Below, piece after piece: positions 22,001 to 32,000 of a stretch of 32,000 nt of DNA (positions are counted from its first letter, which is position 1; the number at the start of each line of letters is the position of its first letter). The notes beneath the pieces were generated by a model. That model was given only the letters and a program-made list of their open reading frames with translations, made no database searches and was not told the origin of the DNA. Location: assembly GCF_000189295.2 (NCBI RefSeq), contig NC_016803.1, positions 2,370,001-2,402,000 on the forward strand, given 5' to 3'. Source of the stretch: Pseudodesulfovibrio mercurii (GTDB lineage Bacteria > Desulfobacterota > Desulfovibrionia > Desulfovibrionales > Desulfovibrionaceae). A program made the position numbers and the translations under genes.

Positions 22001-22280
22001 ATCTTCTTCATTCTTCATGGAGCGATTCGGGCGGCGCAGCCGTCCGACAGCGGCTCTCCGCGCTCGCACTAGGCTTTGATTCGCCCCGTCCTGCGGATTT
22101 GTCGAGAGTGGTGCAGCTATGCATTTTCTTCCGGCCGCGACAACCGCAGCGTGCATCAGCTCTTAGGCCGAGCTTGCTCGGTCTTAGAGATGACGACAGC
22201 AGCGATAGCCGTCTACGTGAGGATTGTCGCGGCCGGGAAAAATGTGCAGATGCGCCGCTATCGGAAGCCGCGTAGGGTCC
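22001..22280 (-). ncRNA. candidate structured RNA or long structured 3' UTR (unclassified), or a MITE-like palindromic insert
   Basis: 280 nt with no credible ORF, lying between the CBS-gene stop and a canonical minus-strand terminator. 13-bp perfect inverted repeat CCGGCCGCGACAA (22131-22143) / TTGTCGCGGCCGG (22224-22236), extendable to ~20 bp with bulges. It encloses 80 nt with the inner hairpin CCGAGC-TT-GCTCGG (22168-22181). I could not match it to tmRNA, RNase P, SRP or tRNA signatures. Confidence 0.3.
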
Positions 22281-22958
22281 CTAAACCAAGTCTACCGTCA
22301 CACCTTCGGCTACGTAGAATAACAGAGTGTATTTACGTTGCAGCAGCTCGACGACCTTCTCGATAGGCTTGTCGCCGAGGTCGGCGATGGACACGTAGGC
22401 GTTGCGGGAGCCGGTGCGGGCCGGGTCCACGGCGGTGAAGACGCTGGTGAAGACAATGCCCTTGGAGCGCAGGTCGCAGAGCAGGTCGGCCAGGGCGCCC
22501 TCGGGGCCGTCCATGCGGATGCCGAACTGGGCCCCGCCGCGCGCGGAGCCCGCCGAGGCGCACAGGAAGCGGAGCACGTCGAGCTGGGTGATGATCCCCT
22601 CCAGCCGGCCGCCGTCCACCACGGGCAGGCCGCCGACCTTGTGCTTGACCAGAAGGTCGGCCACTTCGGTCATGGCCGCGTCCGAGGGCACGGAGATGGG
22701 GTCCAGGGTCATGATGTCGCCCGCGGTCAGCGTGTACAGGCCGCCGCCGCTTTCAACCACGGCGTCGCCGGGGATGAACTTGGAGGGCATGGCGTCGCGG
22801 ATGTCCCGGTCGGAGACGATGCCCACCAGGGAGCCCGCGCTGTCGATGACCGGGAACTGACGGATGTTCTTTTCACGCAGAATCTCGGCCGCATCCAGCA
22901 CCGAAGAATTCACTCCCAGGGCGATGACGTTGACCGTCATCCAGTCTCTGACCAGCAT
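22281..22958 (-). CDS. CBS-pair domain protein with C-terminal ACT-like domain (AcuB-like)
   Basis: 225 aa. 'VRDWMT..V......S.V.DAAEILREKNIRQFPVID..G.LVGIVSDRDI' and a second CBS repeat 'DIMT.DP.SV......EVADLLVKHKVGGLPVVD'. AGGAGGAA lies before ATG 22958. ORF-track 23132 trimmed. Confidence 0.85.
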   Translation of the reverse strand: MLVRDWMTVNVIALGVNSSVLDAAEILREKNIRQFPVIDSAGSLVGIVSDRDIRDAMPSKFIPGDAVVESGGGLYTLTAGDIMTLDPISVPSDAAMTEVADLLVKHKVGGLPVVDGGRLEGIITQLDVLRFLCASAGSARGGAQFGIRMDGPEGALADLLCDLRSKGIVFTSVFTAVDPARTGSRNAYVSIADLGDKPIEKVVELLQRKYTLLFYVAEGVTVDLV

Positions 22959-23004
22959 CGGCTTCCTCCTGTACAGTGGTTTCCGGGATGGAAACGGTAT
23001 GCAA

Positions 23005-23033
23005 TATCTACCCCGTAAGTCCGCAAATTGCAA
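23005..23033 (-). promoter_or_regulatory. sigma70-like promoter candidate for the CBS-domain gene
   Basis: Minus strand: TTGCAA (23033-23028), 17-nt spacer, TAGATA (23010-23005), about 45 nt upstream of ATG 22958. Confidence 0.3.
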
Positions 23034-23037
23034 CGGA

Positions 23038-25899
<2,862 letters not shown>

Positions 25900-26177
25900 G
25901 CATCGCCTCCGTGGCCGTTCCGAAACTTGAACCGTTTCCGCCGCCTACCCGTTGCCCTTACGCCACAAACGGGACCCGGGACAAGTGCATAGCATGATCG
26001 CCAAGTCCGCGCAGTCCCGTTAGAACGGGCCGCCGGGGCGCAAAGCTGAGTGCAACCGTCTGAAAAGACAGTCCTTCCATTTCCCCTCCCCCTTGCTTTC
26101 TGGCCGAACGCGGATTACACACAGTACTGGCCCTCCCCGACCGGGAACCTTCCCGAACGCAAACCGAAGGTGCAATC

Positions 26178-26879
26178 ATGAACTTTCTGCCCGACAACTC
26201 CATTCTGACCCTGCTCTCCGGGGCGACCCTGGCGGTCAAACTGGTCATGCTCTTCCTGGGGTGCATGTCCCTGTGGAGCTGGACCATCATCTTCCTCAAG
26301 TTCTTCACCATCGGCACGGCCCGCAAGAAGGTCATCCAGGGGTACGAGGCCTTTGTGGCGGCGGGCGACCTGGCCAAGGGCATCAAGAGCCTGGGCGACC
26401 AGGAGTCCCCCCTGGCCCGGGTCGCGTCCCTGGCCATCAAGGAGTTCCGCCTGCTCGAAAAGGCGGGCGTCAACCGCGAGCGCAAGCGGCTGCTGGTCAA
26501 GGACACCCTGCGGCGCGTGCTCAAGCAGGGCATCTCCAAGGAAATGCGCTCGCTTACCCGCAACCTGCCGTTCCTGGCCACCTGCGCCAACGCCGCCCCG
26601 TTCATCGGTCTGTTCGGCACGGTCTGGGGCATCATGCACTCGTTCCACTCCATCGGCATGGCCCAGTCGGCGGCCCTGGCCACGGTGGCGCCGGGCATCT
26701 CCGAGGCCCTCATCGCCACGGCCATCGGCCTGCTGGTGGCCATCCCGGCGACCATTTTCTACAACTATTTCCTGGGCAAGCTGAACGAGGTGGAGTCCGG
26801 CATGGTGGACTTCGCCGGGGCCTTCCTGAACCGCGCCGAGCGCGAGATCGCCTGGGCGGACAAGCCCGAGCGGGCGTAG
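26178..26879 (+). CDS. tolQ: MotA/TolQ/ExbB-family proton channel protein
   Basis: 233 aa. Three TM segments and the conserved C-terminal block 'FLATCANAAPFIGLFGTVWGIM..F......A....VAPGISEALIATAIGLLVAIPA'. The TolQ versus ExbB assignment is by context only. Confidence 0.85.
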   Translation: MNFLPDNSILTLLSGATLAVKLVMLFLGCMSLWSWTIIFLKFFTIGTARKKVIQGYEAFVAAGDLAKGIKSLGDQESPLARVASLAIKEFRLLEKAGVNRERKRLLVKDTLRRVLKQGISKEMRSLTRNLPFLATCANAAPFIGLFGTVWGIMHSFHSIGMAQSAALATVAPGISEALIATAIGLLVAIPATIFYNYFLGKLNEVESGMVDFAGAFLNRAEREIAWADKPERA

Positions 26880-26888
26880 GAGACGGCC

Positions 26889-27305
26889 ATGGCGATCAAG
26901 ACCGGCGGCGGGTTCCTCAACGAGATCAACGTCACGCCCTTCGTGGACGTGATGCTGGTCCTGCTGATCATCTTCATGGTCACGGCCCCGCTCATGACCC
27001 AGGGGGTGGAGGTGGACCTGCCGACCACGCGCACGGTCCGCAACCTGCCCCAGGATTCGGAACATCTGGTCCTGACGGTCAAGAAAGACGGCAAGATATT
27101 CCTGGACGAGTACCAGGTCTCCATGGACGAGCTGGAGGACCACCTGAAGCGGCTGGTGTCCGGGCAGAAGAAGCAGCTCTTCCTGCGCGCGGACAAGGAG
27201 GTGCCCTACGGCACCGTGGTGCAGGTCATGGGCGAGATCAAGGCGGCGGGCATCGACAAGCTCGGCATCGTGGCCGAAGAGCCCAGGCCGGACAGGAAGT
27301 CATAG
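26889..27305 (+). CDS. tolR: ExbD/TolR-family protein
   Basis: 138 aa. 'INVTPFVDVMLVLLIIFMVTAP' contains the conserved TM Asp. Periplasmic 'V.L.ADK.VPYG.VV.VM' block. Confidence 0.85.
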   Translation: MAIKTGGGFLNEINVTPFVDVMLVLLIIFMVTAPLMTQGVEVDLPTTRTVRNLPQDSEHLVLTVKKDGKIFLDEYQVSMDELEDHLKRLVSGQKKQLFLRADKEVPYGTVVQVMGEIKAAGIDKLGIVAEEPRPDRKS

Positions 27306-27324
27306 GGAACGCGGGCGGCACGGC

Positions 27325-28797
27325 ATGCAACGGGCACTGAGCTGGACACTCTCCATCCTTTTCCACGCCGTGGCGGCGGTGGCCCTGCTCCATTCCGTGA
27401 GCCTGCCGCCGACCCTGCCCGAGGAGCTGATGGAGGTGGAGCTGACCCAGGTGGAGGAACCGCAGCCGGTCATCCCCATGCCCGCGCCCGTCCCGGTGCC
27501 CACACCCGCGCCCGAGCCCGAGTGCCCGGCCGAGCCCCCGGCCGCCGCGCCCCTGCCCATGGACAAGACCGTGGTCCTGGACGACGCGCCGCCGCCCGAG
27601 CCCGCCCCCCAGGCCGAAGCCGAACCCGCGCCCGCCCCGGAGCCCGAGCCCGATGTGGTCGAGATCAGCCCGACCAAGACCCTGCCTCCCGAGGAGCCGC
27701 CCAAGCCCGAGGAGGAGCTGGCCGAGGACGGGCTGCCCAAGAAGATTTACGTGCGCAAGGACGGCACCGTGCACCGGGGGGCCGAGGCGCGCTTCGGCCG
27801 GGCCATGATGGGCGACTACTTCTCCTACTCGGCCCAGGAGTTCTCCGGCCAGTTCCGGACCAAGGACGACCGGGTCATCTCCATCATCGACGCCCGCAAC
27901 ACCAAATACGGGCGGTTTCTGATCTACGATTCCAAAAACAAGACCCTGCGCCGCCTGAAGCAGGCCTTCGGCAAGTACGTCTACACCATCGGCCCGTCCG
28001 TGTACGCCGACGAGCCGGTCACGGGCTCGGTCACCTTCCTGGCCAAGGACGACCGCATCGAGCGGTTCATCCTGGTCACGGACGACGACCGCATCGCCCA
28101 CTACCCGGTCAAGGTCCACGTGCGCGAGGAGGAGGTGGCCTTCGACGGACCCGCCGGACGGATTCCGGCCCAGTTCTCCCGCCCGCCCTACGACGAGGGC
28201 CACGCGGGCGTGGTGGTGGTCCACGGGCCGGACTGCGCCGACCCCGGCATGGTCCAGGCCTTCACCCGGACCCTGTCCATGCACGGCCTGGCCGCCCTGA
28301 CCTTCGAGCCGCGCGGCTGCGGGCTGGAGACCCCCTCCCCGGCGGGCTCCGGGGAGCTGGCCGAGGACACCGAGGCCGCCTTCGCGTTCCTGGCCGCCCA
28401 CCCCTCCGTGGGCGCGGACAGGGCGGGCATCTGGGGGGCCGGACCGGGCGTGCCCGCGGCCATCCGGGCCGCCGCCCAGGCCGGGCCGCGCTTCCTGGTC
28501 TGCATGCTGACCGACGCGCTCGACCCCGGCGACCTGCCGGGCCGCGAGACCCTGGCCGCCCTGAAGCTGCCCGTGTTCTGGCTGGTCACGGGCCGGGAAA
28601 CCGCCCGGTGGCGGCCCCTGCTGACCACCCTCGAAAGCCTGCGCGACAAGGACAAGCGCGCCTTCACCATCGTGGTCGCCCCGGCCAGGACCAGCCGGGA
28701 GGTCCTCGAGGCCGAGGGCAACCGCTCCTCCTGGGTCGAGCAGGTGGCCGACGACCACGCCGCCCTGGCCGCATCCTGGATCGACAACCTCAGATAA
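27325..28797 (+). CDS. TonB/TolA-type membrane anchor plus Pro-rich spacer, fused to beta-rich and alpha/beta-hydrolase-like domains (nucleophile missing)
   Basis: 490 aa. TM helix with SxxxH motif (S10-I-L-F-H14), as in the TonB/TolA SHLS motif. Residues ~45-135 are a Pro/Glu/Ala-rich spacer. Residues ~270-490 have hydrolase-fold landmarks 'GVVVVHG', 'LTFEPRGCG' and the elbow position 'IWGAGPG' (expected GxSxG). Confidence 0.8.
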   Translation: MQRALSWTLSILFHAVAAVALLHSVSLPPTLPEELMEVELTQVEEPQPVIPMPAPVPVPTPAPEPECPAEPPAAAPLPMDKTVVLDDAPPPEPAPQAEAEPAPAPEPEPDVVEISPTKTLPPEEPPKPEEELAEDGLPKKIYVRKDGTVHRGAEARFGRAMMGDYFSYSAQEFSGQFRTKDDRVISIIDARNTKYGRFLIYDSKNKTLRRLKQAFGKYVYTIGPSVYADEPVTGSVTFLAKDDRIERFILVTDDDRIAHYPVKVHVREEEVAFDGPAGRIPAQFSRPPYDEGHAGVVVVHGPDCADPGMVQAFTRTLSMHGLAALTFEPRGCGLETPSPAGSGELAEDTEAAFAFLAAHPSVGADRAGIWGAGPGVPAAIRAAAQAGPRFLVCMLTDALDPGDLPGRETLAALKLPVFWLVTGRETARWRPLLTTLESLRDKDKRAFTIVVAPARTSREVLEAEGNRSSWVEQVADDHAALAASWIDNLR

Positions 28798-28908
28798 TCT
28801 CCGGAGCCCGGTCCAACCGGGGCTTCCGCCTTCCATTCGACCAACAAATACGTTACGGTACGTCATCGTTGAGGAGCCTGTGCGCCACTTCATCCCGCCG
28901 GACGTTTT

Positions 28909-31767
28909 GTGAAGATCGACCGCGACACCATAGCACGCCCTGACGCCGAGACCCGCAAACGGCTGATGGAAAGCGATCCCGCCCTGTTCCGGAGCCTGAT
29001 CGAGGCCTCGGGCATGGCCGTGTCCATCCACGACAAAAACCTTTTCCCCCTCTGGGGGAACCAGGCCTACGCCGACCTCTGGGGCTACCCCGTGGACGAG
29101 ATCCTGGACCTGCCCCACGAGCTGGTCATGCCCCCCGAGAGCGTGGAACTGTACCGGAGCAGCGTACTGCCGAACATCCGGAAGGGGCGCCCCTGGGAAG
29201 GGGAGTACGTGATCCGTGCCAGGGACGGGAGCCTGCACACGGTCAAAGGGTGGTTCGACCCCATCGCCGACGAGACCGGCGAGGTGACCCACGTCATCGC
29301 CATCAAGCAGGACCTGTCCGACGTCATCCGCATGCGCGAGGCCCTGGGCGCGGCCGAAAAGAGCCTGAACTTCATCTCCGACTGCACCAGCGACATCTTC
29401 TTCCGCCTGAACCTGCACACCGGGCTCTACGACTACCTGAGCCCCTCGGTGGAGCGGTTCTCGGGCTACACCGTCCGGGAGTACCAGGCGTGCCCCATGC
29501 TCGTGCGCAAGATCGTCCACCCGGACTGGCACGGCTACCTGGACGTGATCATGGAGGAGATGCTCGCGGGCACGGTGCGCGACGAGCTGGAATTCCAGTT
29601 CATCCACAAGTCGGGCAAGGTCCACTGGGCCAGCCAGCGGCAGATCCTGCTCCGGGACAAGAACGGCGAGCCCGTGGCCGTGGAGGGCATAGCCACGGAC
29701 ATCACCGCGCGCAAGGAGGCCGAGGAGCGGCTGCGGGCCAGCGAGGAAAAATACCGCTTCCTGGCCGAGAACACCGCCGACGTCATCTGGACCATGGACA
29801 ACGACTACCGCCTGGCCTACGCCACCCCGTCCATCGTCGACATCAGCGGCTACACCATGGAGGAGCTCCAGGGCCGGTCCTTCCGCAGGATGATCACCCG
29901 GCCGTCCCTGCGCCGGTTCGACCAGGCCCTGGTCCGGCGGCGGGAATCCGAGAGGACGGGCGACTACTCCCTGATAAACAGCCTGGAGCTGGAGCACATC
30001 CACAAGGACGGCGGGACCTTCTGGGCCGAGACCGTGATCAAGCGGCTGCTCGACGACAAGGGCCGCCCGTGCGGGTTCCAGGGCGTGTCCAGGGACGTGA
30101 CCATCCGCCGGGAGGCCGGGGAGGCCATCCTGGCCAGCGAGGCCCGCTTCCGCACCCTGTTCGAGGACTCGCCCATCTCCCTGTGGGAGGAGGACCTGAC
30201 CAAGCTCAAGTTCTATTTCGACGAGCTCAGGGAGCGGGGCGTCACCGATTTCCGCCGGTTCTTCTACGACAACCCCGAGGGCCTGGCCCGGTGCGCCGCC
30301 CTGGTCACCGTGGTGGACGTGAACAAGGCCACCCTGTCCCTGCTCGGGGCGACGAGCAAGGAGGAGCTGTTCGGCAACCTGGACAAGGTCCTGACCGAGT
30401 CCTCCATGGCCGCCTTCGCCGAGGAGATGATCCTGCTCGCCTCGGGCGGCCGCGAATACTGCGGCGAGATCACCAACCGCACCCTGGACGGCGAGACCAT
30501 CTGGGTCATGGTCCACTTCTTCGTCCCGGACGAGTACAAGGACACCCTGTCCAGGGTCATCGTCTCCCTGCTCGACGTGACCCCCAGGCGGCGGGCCGAA
30601 GAGGCCCTCATGGACTCCGAGGAGCGCTACCGCGTGCTGGCCGAAAACTCCCAGGAGGGGGTCATCGTCATGCAGAACGGCACGGCCCGCTACGTCAACG
30701 AGTCCATGCTGCGCATCACCGGCTACTCGGCCCGCGAACTCGAGGAGCTGGACTTCACGGACATGGTCCACCCCGGCGACCGGAACGAGCACGCCCCCCA
30801 GTTCGCCCGCCTCGACTCCGGGGAGATGAACGAATCGCTCGGTTCCTTCCGCATCCTGACCAGCAGCGGCGGGATCAAGTGGGTGAACATGAGCGTCAAG
30901 CCGATCATGTGGGGCGGCCGCGAGGCCCAGATGCTCATCCTGACCAACATCACCCGGTACAAGGCGCTGGAATCCGAACTGCTCATCGCCCACGCCCAGA
31001 TGGAGAACCGGGTGCGCAAGCGGACCGCCGAGCTGTCCAAGGCCAACGTCCGGCTCAAGGCCGAGGCCGAGGAGCGGGGCAAGGCCCAGGAACGCATCCA
31101 GGCCCTGACCCAGCAGCTCATCCGCGTGCAGGAGGACGAGCGCCAGCGCATCTCCCGCGACCTGCACGACAACGTGGCCCAGGACCTGTCGTCCATCATG
31201 CTCAAGATGGAGACCCTGTTCGACGGCCACCCGGACGCGGACCCGGAGCTGGCCCGGCGGGGCGAGGCCGTGGCCAACGTCCTGCGCAACACCATCGCCT
31301 CGGTCCGGGAAATCGCCTACGGCCTGCGCCCCCCGGCCCTGGATCAGCTCGGCCTGGTCCAGGCCCTGACCAACCTGTGCCATGACGCGGGCAGCCGATA
31401 TGGCTTTGACGTTGACTTTTTTTCCACCGGAATCGAGAATATTTCCTTGGACTTCGACGTGGAAATCAACCTCTATCGAATGGTCCAGGAAGCCGTCCGG
31501 AACATCTGCCGCCACGCGGGGGCGACCAAGGCCGTCATCCGCCTGGTCAAGAGCCACCCGGACATCCTCATCCGCATCGAGGACAACGGCCGCGGATTCC
31601 CGGAGGATGGACCGGCCCGGACCGACCCGGGAAAACGCATGGGGTTGCAAAGCATGGAGGAACGAGCCCGCCTCATCGGCGGCTCCCTGGAGATCCAGAC
31701 CCTGACCGGGACCGGAACCCGCATCCTCTTCAAGGTACCGATAGAAAGCGCGAGGAGACATGGCTAG
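28909..31767 (+). CDS. multi-PAS (about five) sensor histidine kinase of the HisKA_3 (NarX/DesK) class
   Basis: H-box 'ERQRISRDLHDNVAQDL' and HATPase 'GKRMGLQSMEERARLIGG'. The start is uncertain: GTG 28909 has no SD, and ATG 28966 is an alternative. Confidence 0.85.
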   Translation: MKIDRDTIARPDAETRKRLMESDPALFRSLIEASGMAVSIHDKNLFPLWGNQAYADLWGYPVDEILDLPHELVMPPESVELYRSSVLPNIRKGRPWEGEYVIRARDGSLHTVKGWFDPIADETGEVTHVIAIKQDLSDVIRMREALGAAEKSLNFISDCTSDIFFRLNLHTGLYDYLSPSVERFSGYTVREYQACPMLVRKIVHPDWHGYLDVIMEEMLAGTVRDELEFQFIHKSGKVHWASQRQILLRDKNGEPVAVEGIATDITARKEAEERLRASEEKYRFLAENTADVIWTMDNDYRLAYATPSIVDISGYTMEELQGRSFRRMITRPSLRRFDQALVRRRESERTGDYSLINSLELEHIHKDGGTFWAETVIKRLLDDKGRPCGFQGVSRDVTIRREAGEAILASEARFRTLFEDSPISLWEEDLTKLKFYFDELRERGVTDFRRFFYDNPEGLARCAALVTVVDVNKATLSLLGATSKEELFGNLDKVLTESSMAAFAEEMILLASGGREYCGEITNRTLDGETIWVMVHFFVPDEYKDTLSRVIVSLLDVTPRRRAEEALMDSEERYRVLAENSQEGVIVMQNGTARYVNESMLRITGYSARELEELDFTDMVHPGDRNEHAPQFARLDSGEMNESLGSFRILTSSGGIKWVNMSVKPIMWGGREAQMLILTNITRYKALESELLIAHAQMENRVRKRTAELSKANVRLKAEAEERGKAQERIQALTQQLIRVQEDERQRISRDLHDNVAQDLSSIMLKMETLFDGHPDADPELARRGEAVANVLRNTIASVREIAYGLRPPALDQLGLVQALTNLCHDAGSRYGFDVDFFSTGIENISLDFDVEINLYRMVQEAVRNICRHAGATKAVIRLVKSHPDILIRIEDNGRGFPEDGPARTDPGKRMGLQSMEERARLIGGSLEIQTLTGTGTRILFKVPIESARRHG

Positions 31768-31768
31768 C

Positions 31769-32000
31769 ATGGGAGCGAACACCTTGGACATCATGATCGT
31801 CGATGACCACCCCCTCTTTCGCGAGGGCCTCAAGACCATCGTCAGCCGGGACGCGAACTTCGCGGTCTGCGCCGAGGCCGGCACCGGCCAGGAGGGGGTC
31901 AACCTGGCCCGGACGCACAAGCCGGACATCGTCCTGGTGGACATCTCCATGCCCGACAAGAGCGGCATCCAGATGATCCGCGAACTCAAGGACGAGCTGC
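31769..32000 (+). CDS. NarL/LuxR-family response regulator, N-terminal receiver part; 3' end lies outside the window
   Basis: ATG lies 1 nt after the kinase stop (TAGCATG). 'IMIVDDHPLFREGL', 'PDIVLVDISMPDKSG'. Absent from the ORF track because no stop lies within the window. Confidence 0.85.
   Translation, partial: MGANTLDIMIVDDHPLFREGLKTIVSRDANFAVCAEAGTGQEGVNLARTHKPDIVLVDISMPDKSGIQMIRELKDEL

Noticed and set aside
22020-22095. tRNA or tmRNA acceptor-like pairing (GGGGCGA...TCGCTCC on the minus strand)
   Set aside because: A 7-bp terminal pairing exists, but there is no D-loop GG, no T-loop GGTTCGANTCC-like sequence, no credible anticodon arm and no tag reading frame ending in an ALAA-like peptide. 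I treated it only as part of the unclassified structured segment.
27238-31989. 1583-aa ORF on the minus strand, the longest ORF in the window
   Set aside because: It is antisense to the TonB-like fusion gene and the multi-PAS kinase, both of which have strong motifs. Its translation is a monotonous G/A/R/P/V/D-rich sequence with no recognisable domain. It is a shadow ORF.

Overview
GC-rich chromosomal window (about two-thirds G+C by eye, not computed). The gene content looks Desulfovibrionaceae-like: flavoredoxin-type flavin reductase, archaeal-type ADH synthase (aroA-prime), a DVU_0896-like NlpC/P60 lipoprotein and many PAS hybrid histidine kinases. This taxonomic call is an inference. I support about 30 CDS. 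I found no rRNA, tRNA, CRISPR array, transposase or integrase. Gene order: (1-1398) tail of a nuclease/ATPase module, made of a metallophosphoesterase, a coiled-coil ORF and the C-terminal half of an SMC/Rad50-like ATPase, with the last two separated only by an in-frame TAG. (1400-2500 and 4980-5600) two copies of a ~0.6-kb non-coding mosaic repeat built from hairpins. (2510-10884) an orphan small gene, sugar-phosphate isomerase-like protein, PaaI thioesterase, TrxC-type thioredoxin, Cys/Met PLP enzyme, Cys-rich protein, flavin reductase, NlpC/P60 lipoprotein and a second lipoprotein. (10845-14095) a small phage-style islet with no integrase and no structural genes. It holds an excisionase-type HTH plus DUF5675 gene pair, divergent from an operon of HTH-S24 repressor, periplasmic HEAT-repeat protein and a 133-aa unknown. 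Between them is an AT-rich switch, and the islet ends in a terminator plus a ~220-bp AT-rich tract. (14448-25899) ADH synthase, a degenerate EAL-HDOD protein, Tat-amidohydrolase, radical SAM protein, hybrid kinase plus CheY-like regulator, a structured non-coding stretch, a CBS-domain protein and a second hybrid kinase. (26178-32000) TolQ, TolR, a TonB/TolA-type anchor fused to a catalytically degenerate alpha/beta-hydrolase fold, a multi-PAS HisKA_3 kinase and the start of a NarL-type regulator. The best candidates for something undescribed are the HTH-S24/HEAT/133-aa operon with its orphan phage-type switch, and the TolQR plus TonB-anchor-pseudohydrolase trio. The many very long Arg/Gly/Pro/Ala-rich ORFs on opposite strands or in alternative frames are high-GC shadow ORFs and are rejected.
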